Assembly (NCBI RefSeq): GCF_016433145.1
Contig: NC_058133.1
Coordinates: 80,744,689-80,808,688, forward strand
Length of the DNA stretch: 64,000 nt
DNA from: Gracilinanus agilis
Taxonomy: Eukaryota
Reading direction: 5' to 3'
Both the position numbers and the translations under genes were made by a program. Of the stretch, positions 49,791 to 62,039 are shown piece by piece. Numbering within the stretch: position 1 is the stretch's first letter; each line of letters begins with the position of its first letter. The notes under the pieces are model-generated. The model saw only the letters and a list, made by a program, of their open reading frames with translations, searched no databases and had not been told where the DNA came from.

Positions 49791-52700
49791 AAAGCTGTTT
49801 AGTTATTTATTTCAGGAGGATGACTTACATCCAACTAAAGACCCTGAACTTTGATTTAAAATCAGAGGAATTTGGTTTAAATCCTTGCTTTTCCAGTTGT
49901 TATAACCTGTGTGGATACTGTTCAGGACATTGCTGAGCCCTGATAGAAGTAATGCTGTCTCATGATGGCATCTTGTTACAAAGACTTTTTTTATTCTTTT
50001 CCTGGAAAGTGTGATAAGTAAATATATTCAGAGGTAACTCAATTTTGAGGATAAGCTTTGATTTTGAGTTCTTAATTGGTATCATTAAATAGTCAGTGTT
50101 GACATATTTTGCATCCTGTTCACTTGCCCTTGCAATAAAATCTTAGCTACCCTCTGCTCTGGGATGGCGCTGATGGTTTTAACCCTTTGGATACTGATAT
50201 TTTTTTATTTCAGAGATTTCTCTGCTATCATAAAAAGTCTATTAAATATAATTTAGTTTATTTTCTTAAAAACATAAGGCCATTATGCATAACAGTTACT
50301 GTGATATGTTATGAATGCAGCTTTATCTATGAGAATTCACAAACTTAAATTTTAAAGTATGATGTTGGCTTATTTTTTGGTCCTTTGTTTTCTTGAAAAT
50401 AAGTGAGAAATATCAAGAAAAAATGCTAGATGTGGAGTTAAAGGACTTGGGTTTGAATCCTTCCTCAGAGAGACCACTTAAGTCTCTTTTGCCTTGGATG
50501 AGATAGTTAATCCCTCTGAGCCCCAATTTCCTTATCCGTAAATTGAAGGTTGAACCAGAGCCCCTACGTTCAATTTCCTTCAACATTCTCTGACTGTATA
50601 AGAAAAGTCCCCTTCCTTGGCAGTGTAGCATGGTTGTCTTTCTCCCAAATTAATGAATCAAAGTATAAAGGAATTACTGCCTAAGTGGCTTTTTATCATT
50701 CATGAAATCCTCATCATCATGACTTCTGCTACCAGTATTCTTTGGTGTGTTAATACTATTAGGAATATTATGAAAACCTTCATGGTGGCCACTAATGCAT
50801 TTAAGGACTTTTGGTTAGATTCCCTCAGGAGATGGACATAGGAGACTAGTTTCCAGTGTAAAGAAGAGATAGGTCCAAGTTATTCTGGAAGGGAAGAGTA
50901 AAACCACAGTTTAACTGAATTGGGGACCAGAGTTTCTTGGAAACACAAAAGTCCAAGGGGAGGAGAGTTAGATGAAAGACAGATTTTGCAGAAGTTTCAT
51001 TCTAGGGAGTTGGCAGAAAGCTCATATTCTAATGGGGAGATGTTGGTGAATGATGCCTATACACCCTCTTCATGTGGCTTTGTCCCCTGATGGCATTAAT
51101 ACAGACTCCTGAATTTGTATTGCTTTGGTGAGTCAATGGATAGAGTAGATTGGTGATACTGTGGGAAGGGATATCATTGACCTATGACAATAATAATCCT
51201 TGCCTGCCTTGCTTTCACACCCCATGCATGTTCTAGAAATGTCACAGACCTCAGAGGGTACATACTGTCTTAAAAATTCTGATGTTGTTTGTAATATATG
51301 TTATTTGTTCTCCATCTTCCCCCCTGTCCCTCTCATAAAAATTAGAAATGGCATAGACCTTTAAAGGCAGGAAGGGAGGAGCTCCAGTCCATACAGAGTT
51401 GTGGAGATGGCAATTTTAAAAGGAAATTATGAGAATCTTAGGAGTATGTCAGGGTTGACCACAAGGGAAGAAAGTAAAAATGGCATGATTCCTCTGTGTC
51501 CATTTAAACTAGTGGAACAGTTTTTATAAAGGTGTTTACTTGTCTTCTTACCAAAGAAATAGGTAGACATGAATTTGTATGTACAGAACGACAGTGGAAA
51601 AGAATGTAGTTTTAATGTACCAGATTAGGGATCCTTCCTTCAAAGAAGGAGCTTAGGCTTCAAGAAAAGTACCCATTCTTTGTCTAACTGTATTCAGGTA
51701 GGAAGATGCTTTAAAAATTTTTTTCTTGAAAGAAAAGACAGAAAGGGAAATGGATGGGATAAAGATTAATTTATTTACTTCACAGCATACTAAAAAAGAA
51801 ATTAACCCCCTGTGGCTGAAATTGTTAAGGTTTGTTGTGAATCTTTTTTTGCACAGCATAAGGCTCCCTGATCTTTTATAGACTGTCTTGCAAAGATATA
51901 ATCGGTTTACTGCTGAGTGTGAATTGTGTGATTAAACTGAAAGAATGCAATTTTTCTTTTAAATTGAAAGTAATAATTAAGCACACGCTTTTGAACATTC
52001 AGGTATGTCTTCTCTAAGCATCATCATGGCATCATGGTTATATGGATAAGTATAGATATGTTATTTAAAGAGCCATCATCATTTATTCATTAATTTTTAA
52101 AGGAATACTTAGAGGCAGGACTCGCCCTTGGAAAAGACAGAATGCAATATTCATGCTCTTCTGGATTTATTAACATGTTGTCCATTGTTCCGTTATCAAA
52201 TGAACGTTGGGTGAAGAATGACTGTGTTCTGTAATAGGCACAGCTCTTCCAGATTACCTTATTGCCATATGTGACATCTTCCTCCCCCTCCCTCTTTCCA
52301 CCTCTCATGGTTTTTAACATTCACAGGATAACGTGTAATCATGTTAACAGTAGCCCAAGGATACTGAAGCCCTAAAGTCTGAAAAACACTTTCAGTCCTT
52401 TTCTTGGGAAGCTTTTGTGTTAACACTCATTATTGCTAAGTAGAGCAGATGGTCAAACAGACTGATTAGTTATTTATATTTTTACTTTATGGTACTTAGA
52501 TGTTGGCACTTCCTTCAGTAAAGAAAGGAGCTGTTACATGTCATCTTGTCTTGATTTTCCTTTTTAATCAGAAACAGAAAGAAGTGCTTTGCTCATGATC
52601 TATTAATAATGAGGCTATACTCTATTCTTGATGGCTGCTTCATAACTCTTTGTATTCCATTGAGTTTAGGGAGTTTTCTTCTATCCTCATGCCCCCATGC

Positions 52701-53139
52701 AATAATCGCATTCTTTTTGGCTTACCAATTCTTTATAGGGCTCATCATTGTTCATTTTTCAGAGGACTCGCTGTTGATGATCACAAGGAATTTTTAGCAT
52801 CATCTTTGGTATTTCCATGCAAAATAAAAAGGTCCGTGACTAATCAGAGGAAAGTAGAATTGCTCAATATACCATATAAATAGAAATATTTCCTGTAGCC
52901 TTTTTTCAAAAAGGTCAAATGCCTTTCCAGTTTCCTTCTTTTATATATTGTTCATTCTCCCTTCTTTTCCCTATGTGACATAAAAATTGGCTTACTGATT
53001 TTAAAAAATCTCTCTGTGCCCATTCTCAGCTTATAAATATTAAGACCAAAGGAAGAAAGACTAATAGTCACATAAATTTTTGTCATTGATTAGAATATGA
53101 CATTACAGAATCTCATACAGCTAATATATAATAGCTATA

Positions 53140-53395
53140 CCTAATAATAATGGTATTTAAGTAACATCTGCTGTGTGCCAGGAAGGTAACCTATTTTACT
53201 ACTATTATCTCATTGGATTCTCACAACAATCCCAAGAGGTAGATGCTATTATTATCTGCATTTTATAGTTGAGGAAACTGAGGCATACAAGTTAAGTGAC
53301 TTGCTCAGGATCACACAGCTTGGAAGTTTCTGAGACTGGATTTGAATTCAGGTCTTCTAGACTCCAGTCCCCCCTCTCTATCCACCACTGCACCT
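53140..53395 (-). mobile_element. MIR-type SINE
   Basis: ctcacaacaatccc..aggtagatgctattattatc..gaggaaactgaggc..ttaagtgacttgctcaggatcacacagct..ggatttgaattcaggtcttct. Confidence 0.85.
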
Positions 53396-56300
53396 TAAAC
53401 AAGGGTAGAGCCTGGGAGCATTGCAAAGACTCCTACATGAGACTCATAACCACTCTAAAGAATTTGACCAAACTACCCACCCAGAAAAAGTTAATTTTAG
53501 GATAAAGAGTGACTATTATTTAGAGTATATTTACAAAGGCAATATATACACACATACACAAAAAACCGTACAACATTCCATCTTTAATAGCTTAAAACTA
53601 CATTCAACTTTTGAGAAATTCTGTGTGTGTTTTATGTGTGTGTCTTTACAACACATATATACATACATAAAATGCAGAAATATGTGTGTGTACATTGAGA
53701 TGAAATAGGTAGTGGACGTCCAATGTAAGTGGACTGTGATCTGAATGGTGAACTAAACTGGAAGAGGAGAGCAGAGTGGGTAGATTAGGAAATAGCACTT
53801 TTGTTTTAATGACTCAAAGCTTCTCTTAGAAACATAGCTCCTCTTTTTAATACCAATATTCTTCCAGCGGTACTTTATGACTGCAAGTCTATGGAGCATG
53901 ATAGTTTCCGAAGAATTAAGGGTCAAGATTGCTTAGGTGACATTAGAGGACTTGCATCACCTTGCAAAAAAAATGTGGAGTAAAGAATGTGATCAAAGTG
54001 TGATTAAAAATGAAATGATATGAGTGAGGGATTGATGGGTAGCTACATAATTCCATTGGTCCTCTTGCAATATCAAGAGAATGCAGGACAGGACCCCAGT
54101 ATGATTAATGGTCTCCCTCTGGTGGAATGATAGGAAGGGTCATTCAGGATGGGCTAGTCTACATAAGTTGCAGTCTTCATTGCTAGAGGTAGATTATTTA
54201 ATGAGATCACAGATCCTGGGGAATATTTGGAGTAGCAGTATATTATATATAGATATAGATATATGTATGTATGTATGTATATATGAGAGAGAAGATATCA
54301 TATCATCTATATGATCATTCTCCTAGTTTTTGGTCAAGTTCTTACTGCTCTTCAAAACATGGTATTTTAGGAACATAAATCAGTAAAAACTTTTATTTGC
54401 GGTGAGAGTGGGTTAGACTAGAGCTGGGAAAAAGAAAGTAGTATAGATAGATACAAAGAAAGAGATGGAGTAGGGGACCAAAGGAAACATTTTAAACCAA
54501 AATATTTCCTTTGTCTTTAGAAAGAAATTTCTAGGTTTAGCCCTCATACTTTTAAAATATACTGTGGAAATAATACAGTAGAAAGGAAATTTTATTATGG
54601 AAGCATCCCCTCAGTGAGGTGTCCTTTGAGAAAACTTTTTAAGTATTTCTCTATCTGTGGGCAAAAATATATCAGTGACCAAAATCTGAACAAAATTTGA
54701 AAAATGTTTCTGAGATCTCTACAAGTAGCCTGTTGAATTGGAGATACTTTATTTACAGCAATTTCACCATTGTCTCCTTCAATTTATGTTTGTTAAGTAA
54801 ATAACCAGATTGCTAGTAACTTTTCTGATTAAGGTAAAAATTTTGAAAAGCACTTAAAATAGGTTATTTCTTTAAAATGTCGTGTATGTATCTTCTAAAA
54901 ATGAAATCTACATCTATTCCTGAGTTGAGGAGAATATGAATTTAAAGGAGTATCAGACAATGAGGATGCTGAATTTTGTAGAAAAATAAAATGAAGTCAA
55001 ACCTTCTTACCTAGTAATTAAAATGTGAAATAAGTAAAATCCTTTTTCCTTGTTAATGTGTCTGTGATCTGTTTCTATCAGCCTGAGAAAATATAGGAGC
55101 CTCCAAAAAAGAGTTACACTAAAATTTTTATTTAAGTTCCACAAAAATGTTTTTAAGGCATTTCCCTTAGGTGTGGTATATAAGTGCATTATTTCATAGG
55201 CAGTTCCCAATCATAGCCCTTTTTGACATTCCTATTACAAAACTTTGAGAGTAAGCATGATTTAACATATACCACCATTCGCACACAACAACAACGACAT
55301 TTATCACACACAAAACTCAGCTCACAGTTTGGAGTACTTCACAGAGATGGGAAAAGGTAATACACTGAATTAACTGTGGGCTTGAACTCTTGAATAGGAA
55401 GCAGGGGGAGGTGTAAGTAATTTCATGTGAGATTTTTAATACAAAACTGGAGTGAGGAGAATTTAGAGGATTGCTGGCCAAATGTTTCAAGTTTTCTGTT
55501 GGTTACCAGTAAATTTGTAGTAATAGTTGGTAAATGGTTTCTATTTCCTTTTTGATTCTCTTTCTTTTGAGAAGATGGTAAGTAAAGGAAGAGAGGTTTG
55601 CCCTTCATCTTACTTCATTTTTTCTCACATCAATAATTCTCCATGCAATGTGTGAAGTCTGCTTCCCTCTTTTACTTTCTGGTACCTGGGAAATGGAAAG
55701 TTTCCTTCAGAACATTCCTGTTAACTGGCACATGGACATTTTGAGGGGCAAATAAGGCAGGTTTGAAATGAGCAGCTGTCAGGAATGGTGGCTTTTCTGC
55801 AAGTTTAAACTAGGCAACGTTGATAGGGCCTCAAAAGGGATAGGACTAGGTGTGCATTCACAATGCATTAAGCCCTTCTACTTCTCCCACCCTCCTTGTT
55901 TGATTGTGTGTGTGTTTGTGTGTGTGTGTGCATGCATGTGCATGTGTTGGTATTTCTTCTAAAATGTAGTAAGATGCTGTGATAAGTTGACAGTGACCTT
56001 CGACACTATTAATTAAATGTCTGCTAAAGCATCTGAAAAAGAAAATGGAAAAAACTTCTCCTTTCTTGTAACATTTTATCAGTTTGTCTTTATTATGGTA
56101 GATGAATAAATTCTGAACATAATTGTTTACCACTGAGGTTGTGTTGGGGAGGTACAAGTCCTAAAACCTCGCAGTAAGTAAAGAACAATATTTCTAATTC
56201 TTTTTATGCTGATGTGAGAGAGAGAGGATAGATGCCTTATTTGTAATGCTACTGGGGATCAGGCTACAAAGCTCTCAACCTGATAATATGATTCCCATCT

Positions 56301-57583
56301 TGGCTTGCTCAGATGTATGGGAGAGTCATGTCATCTAGTAACCACAGATGATCTCCTTTTGGAGACTTTGGGGACTCCTGCAGGCAGAGTTTCTTTTTCT
56401 TATTTTTGTCTGCAAAACTCTGAGGTTGGGAGATACAAATTCTACATTTCCAGTTCTAAGCTTAACTTAGGACTAGGGGGCATTGGCAAGAATGTTGGAC
56501 TTAATGTCAAAAGATCTCACAGACCTATCACTACTTTTATAATTATGGGCTTCCATCGTTGTTTCTTTTTCTCTTTTTTTTAAACAAATTTTTAAATTTT
56601 GTTGTTCTATACTCCATAAATATCATCAAACATTCTCATTTCCAAATCCATAGAAGATGAAAAATATAATTAAGACCCCGAATCTCTTATCTTGCATTCC
56701 TTTAAGGATATTACAAATGCAAACATTCATTTTAAAAATAAAACAAAGAAAAACTGAACTCTCTGGGCCTTCCGTTTCTTTAATTATAATGAAAGAATTG
56801 GGCTGGATGACTTCTAATGGCACTTTTAGTCCTAATAGTAAGATCCTTTTTTAAAATGTTGATTGACATCTTTCAATCATCTGGAACAGCCCTCTTTGTA
56901 GAAATAAGAATAACATAGATTTTTGGACTATATTTTCCAACTCTCTATACTATTAGGATCCTATTCCAAATCTGCTTAGTATTGTTCACATAAACAGTAA
57001 ATTTTGAGTTGGAAGGGAGCCCAGTCCAATACATCATTTTACCAAGAGGAAACTAAAGCACAGAAATGTCAAGCGACCTATCTGAGGTGATGCAGCTAAG
57101 TGGCATCCCATGCATTTGCAACTTTGGCTTCTGATTCCAAATTCTGAACCCTTCCCAGTGTTCTCTCATCTCCTTCAGTGCCTCTCTCCTTTTAACAGAG
57201 CACTTTGAAAATTCTTTTGCACAAACATCTTTAAGATCACTTTGCTTCAGGAAAAATTCTTTAAGAGCATCCTTCAAAGCTTCTCTGCCTCCCTTCAGCA
57301 TCATGTAGGAGCTGCTGCTGTGGAAAAGACATTAGATGGAACAGAGCCTGATCTGTCATGTCCATTATATGTGCCTCTGATTAGAAGACATAATCCATTA
57401 AGTACCATTAAATTACATCACCTTCTGAATTTAAAAGTATGAAACTGCATGAATTAGCCATCAAATAGAAATGTTTTAGAATAAAAAACCTTGACTTCTA
57501 TCATGCCATCAGGTAGATCAGTTATCTCTGCTTTTTTTCTTTTAGACACCCTTGGAAACAGGCAGTGACCAAAGTATTTAGAT

Positions 57584-57778
57584 CAGTGATTCCCAAAGTG
57601 GGTGCCACTGCCCCCTGGTGTGTGCTTCAGCAATCCAGAGGGGCGGTGATGGCCACAGGTGCATTTATCTTTCCTATTAATTGCTATTAAAATTTAAAAA
57701 AAATTAATTTCCAGAGGGCTAAGTAATATTTTTTTCTGGAAAGGGGGCAGTAGGCCAAAAAAAGTTTGGGAACCACTG
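57584..57778 (-). mobile_element. hAT MITE, copy C
   Basis: TIRs as in copy A; perfect 8-bp TSD ATTTAGAT at 57576-57583 and 57779-57786; 195 bp; interior matches copy A. Confidence 0.93.
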
Positions 57779-58099
57779 ATTTAGATGAAGTTAAAAGACA
57801 ATCTAGTGTAGTGGAAAGAGTGTTGGACTTTGAGTCAGAAGAACTGGATGAAACCTTTGTTTCCCATGTGTAATAGTTATGTGGCCCTGAGCATGTCACT
57901 TCACAGAAATCCTTAAGCATGAGTCTTATATAGTAAAGTAGGCATAATAATCTTTTCATTACCTACAGCATAATTATTTTGAGGAAAGTGCTGGGTAAAC
58001 CTCTCTACCTCTAGGCTAGTTCTTTTAATCTGCTCCTGGGAGTAGTAATGTGCAACTATAATTACCAGATAAATGTGTGTTATTGCAATTATTACCCAA

Positions 58100-58435
58100 T
58101 CTCTTTTTATTAAAACTTTTAGGGATATCCTCTGTGCCTGGAATGCTTTCTCTGTTGCCTTTTTTGGTTTCCTTTGAGTCCCAACTAAAATCTAATCTTC
58201 TGTAAGAAGCCTTTCCCAATCCCTCTTAATTCTAGCGCCCTCCTACTGTTATTTCCTTTTTATTATATACATATATATATATAGTTTATAAATATTTGTT
58301 TGCTTGTTATCTCTCCCATTAGACTGTGAGCTCCTTGAGGGCAGGGATAGTCATTTTTACCTCTTCTTATATTCCCAACACAACATCTGACATATAGTAG
58401 GTGTTTAGTAAATGTTTATTGTCTGTTTACTGACT
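58100..58435 (+). mobile_element. L2 LINE 3' end
   Basis: gaagcctttcccaatccctcttaattctag..ttagactgtgagctccttgagggcaggga..catatagtaggtgtttagtaaatgtttattg. Confidence 0.8.
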
Positions 58436-60812
58436 TTAAAAAATTGAGTACCAGCAAAAAACAAACAAAAAAAAACTATCCTGGATCTTATAGACCTGAT
58501 TACCCCTAAGCAATGGTCTTGACTGCTATATTCATCTCCATATTATTTGCCCTAGGAGAAAAGTAGAAGGGCTAGTTTGAAGGCAGAGAGGAGTTCCTTA
58601 TACAGAAAATTAGGAATTAAACTTAATCACTTGTTGAAAATGATTTTCATGGAATTATAACCTGGTTAGAAACTATGCAGGTGGGTATTTGAAACAGTAT
58701 TTTTAGTATCAATGGGAGAGAGAATGTACCGAATTCTAGGTCCTAGAATATATGCTCTATTATTTCTCCCTTTGGTGAAAAAGTTCCTGATTATTCAATT
58801 TAATTTTTAAAACCTTTAAGAGTCTACTGAATGCAAAGCACTGAAAATTAAAAAAAAATTACTATAAACATCCCTTCCTTTTTAAGGTCTTTATATTTTA
58901 AGGAAACATGTTGTCAAAACTTTCAAATACTTAAATGAATCTTTGAACTCATTGTTGTGGGTATTTCTTCCACTCATTTCAGGTGGAAACCCATCCATTC
59001 CTGTCCTTCCAATTAGACTTTTTGAAAATTTATCGTCTCCAAATTTCATCTTAGAGTCCTTCTTCAATGTGTTCTTACATTTTGAGGATATTAATGGAAT
59101 ATTTAGGCCATCCATTGTTTTGTCCTTTCCTCTTGCCATATGTAGCCAACCCATCTTCTTCCAGTGGTCTTCACGTATTTACATCTTCTACACCAATTCT
59201 CCTTCATGGTGCCTTGATTATAATGATCTGTGATATGTCACAGCCTGCTTATAGTCACTATTTACCCTTCCTTTGTTCTTTGGGACCTCTTCAACTTTAG
59301 TGTTAGAATTTATTCCTTTCTCACATAGAACTTATCTGTGTAAATCCTAGTGGCCCAGGGATATCTCCTTACATTTTGCATAGACATAGAATGTTTCTCT
59401 TGATACTTTATACCCATTTCTACTGATACTTGTCTTGGGAATGAATGAGTGGTAGGTGTCTAGAGATGGAATATCTTGTCTTAATTCTTCAAAAGGCTGA
59501 TAAATGAATAGCCACAAAACATTGTGATATCCATGCAGCTTTAGAAAATAGGAGAAAGTAAACTACATTCCCAAATTATTCATCCGTCAAGCATTCAGTG
59601 TTTATTGGAATATTTACTACAATTTTAGGTGCATGGTGGAAGTAGCTTACAATAGAATTTCTGCCCTTATAGAACTTACAGTTTAGTTAGAGAGCAGCAA
59701 ACCATATAAGATAGTATTTGGTCAAATACTAAATTTTGTAGTAGAAGGGCAGTGAAGAGGAAAATCAGTGAAAATTGAAGTTGTTAAGGAAGACTTCATA
59801 AAAAAGTGTGGCTCTTGAAGAGGCTTTGGAAGATTGTTATAATTAAAAAGAAGCAAGGGGTGATGGGAAGAGTTGAGAGAGCATTTTAGAGAAAGGGAAC
59901 AACTTCAAGATAAGAAGGAATATGCTTTTGTGGAGCAAGGAAATAGGGTGATTATATTATATAGTAAAAGGCATAAGAGGAAATAAACTTATGGAGAAGA
60001 AATATGGCATCTCCTTGGAGGACTTTGAGAACCAGGCACAAGAAAGCAGGGAAATGGCATGATAAAGTCAGTATTTGAAAAATTAATCTTCTCTGCATTA
60101 AAGAAAATATATGGGGGGGGAGCAGAGTCATGTAATAAGAGGAAACATTTCAAGAAAAATAGATTCAAACCATAGCTTTTCTACTGTCAGCTGATTACAT
60201 CACTTAACTTTTCTAAGCCTCAGTTTCCTCATCTGTAAAATGTTATTTTTTTACCACAATAACTCATAAAAGCCATTTATTCCAAGATTTCTACTACATA
60301 GAACGTTTATGATTTGCTTTAATGGAAGGAGTACTCACACTGATGAAAGCTGTAAAGGAAGTTAAGAAATTTGGAATCAATAGTACTTTACATGTATTCA
60401 ATGTTCTTCTACAAAATTCACATAGTATGTTCTTGTACATTATTTCATTAAAGCCTTCTAGGAGCCCTAAGGTGGATAGGACAGATATCTTCACTTTGTA
60501 TCCAAATAAAGGAAACTAAGTCTTAGAGAAATTAAATGATTTACCCAAGGTCCCATTCCATAACTGACCCGAAACATGGCTAAGCTTTGGGTTTTTTTTT
60601 TCCTTCCTGTTCCCTGTATCTTACAAGTCTGTTATTTTTTATTCTGTTGCTGTACATGGACTTAAGTTATTGATAGATATTGAGCTTTGTGTTTTGGTGG
60701 CTGCATATCTTCTAATTTATCTTTCTCTTTTTGCAGATAGAAACCTCTTGGACAACTGAGGCGGAAGGTGGATTTTTTTTCTTTTTTTTTTTTTTTTTGA
60801 AAAATCAAAAGC

Positions 60813-60830
60813 ATGTACCCGTGTCTGTAG
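60813..60830 (+). promoter_or_regulatory. uORF1 (MYPCL*)
   Basis: ATG TAC CCG TGT CTG TAG inside the 5' UTR part of the exon. Confidence 0.7.
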
Positions 60831-60832
60831 AG

Positions 60833-60871
60833 ATGATTTGTAGTTCAGCTAGGCTGGAGCTGACCGAATGA
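60833..60871 (+). promoter_or_regulatory. uORF2 (MICSSARLELTE*)
   Basis: ATG at 60833 to TGA at 60869-60871, ending 4 nt before the main ATG. Confidence 0.7.
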
Positions 60872-60969
60872 GACTATGGGCTGTGCCTCCGCCAAGCATG
60901 TTGCCACTGTTCAGAATGAAGAGGAAGCCCAGAAGGGGAAAAACTACCAGAACGGAGATGTATTTGCCG
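60868..60969 (+). promoter_or_regulatory. Upstream overlapping ORF, 34 codons, open to the donor
   Basis: ATG 8 nt upstream of the main start; MRLWAVPPPSMLPLFRMKRKPRRGKTTRTEMYLP with no stop within the exon; weak Kozak (C at -3, A at +4). Confidence 0.65.
60876..60969 (+). CDS. C1orf21: First coding exon of the C1orf21 orthologue (31 codons + 1 nt)
   Basis: Translates to MGCASAKHVATVQNEEEAQKGKNYQNGDVFA, which I recognise as the N-terminus of human C1orf21; strong Kozak (A at -3, G at +4); 94 nt, phase-1 donor. Confidence 0.93.
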
Positions 60970-61619
60970 GTGAGTCTTCCTGAATTTTGCTTTTAATCTG
61001 TTGGGGCAAAGACAAAAATTCTAATATTTGAGTTTCTTCATAGTAGTTATAGAGGTAGTGAGATGACAAGTCTGGGAGTTATTAATGATATATCAATTTT
61101 GTAGTGGCTTTTGGGGAAGGACTATAGTAAGGCAGAATTTAGGATCAATGGAATTGTTTGTGGCAGGAGCATATTTGGGTCATTGAACTTGGATGAATTT
61201 TTTGATCACTGTATAATAAACCATTTCATATTTGGTTGTGGACTGAGATATATTAGTTATGCAAACATTTTAAAGATATTAGAAAGTTATCAACTGTACT
61301 CTGAATCTGTGGATAAGAATGAACAAGATTGATTCTTACAGTTTACAAAGTATACCTTCACTTATAGAATCTTCTCATTAATTTCATGCAATAGTCCTGT
61401 GAGGGAAGGAGGAGGATCGAAAATGTTCTACTTGGCCCCACAGAGTAGATCCAGGCTAAAAAGCTGAAGTTGCAGAAAAGCTGAGTTGGACTTATTGTAA
61501 GAAAAGGCTTCCCTAAAATGTTTTCCATGATTGTACGTGGAAAATCTATATTGGATTGCTTAATGTCTTGGGGAAGAGAGGGAGGAATAGAGTAAGAGAA
61601 TAATATTTTTTAAAAGGAA

Positions 61620-61692
61620 GGAAAAGGGAGGGAAAAACTATAAATCATATAGCCATGGAAAATATTCTAAATAAACTAATTAAAAAATAAAA
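61620..61692 (+). mobile_element. L1 3' tip
   Basis: gggagggaaaaactataaatcatatagccatggaaaatattctaaataaactaattaaaaaataa; candidate TSD aaaaggaagga at 61612-61622 and 61690-61700. Confidence 0.65.
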
Positions 61693-61795
61693 AGGAAGGA
61701 AGGAAAAGGAGTGAAGGAAGGAAGGAAAACAAGGAAAGAAGAAAGGAGGGAGAGAAGGAAGGAAAAAAGAAAAGAAGGAAGGAAGGAAAGAAGGA
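61690..61795. repeat. Purine-rich (GGAA/GAAA)n microsatellite running into the gap
   Basis: Directly visible. Confidence 0.9.
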
Positions 61796-62039
61796 NNNNN
61801 NNNNNNNNNNNNNNNNNNNNNNNNNNNNNNNNNNNNNNNNNNNNNNNNNNNNNNNNNNNNNNNNNNNNNNNNNNNNNNNNNNNNNNNNNNNNNNNNNNNN
61901 NNNNNNNNNNNNNNNNNNNNNNNNNNNNNNNNNNNNNNNNNNNNNNNNNNNNNNNNNNNNNNNNNNNNNNNNNNNNNNNNNNNNNNNNNNNNNNNNNNNN
62001 NNNNNNNNNNNNNNNNNNNNNNNNNNNNNNNNNNNNNNN
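61796..62039. other. Assembly gap (244 N)
   Basis: Run of N. Confidence 1.

Larger units (their letters stand above)
60737..60969 (+). other. C1orf21: Internal exon carrying 5' UTR and start codon of C1orf21
   Basis: Acceptor tttatctttctctttttgcag| ending at 60736 and donor G|GTGAGT at 60970; locally raised GC and CpG content. Confidence 0.85.

Noticed and set aside
1-60736. Promoter or first exon of C1orf21
   Set aside because: No CpG island or GC-rich block is present; the TSS probably lies upstream of the window, although a CpG-poor alternative promoter cannot be excluded.
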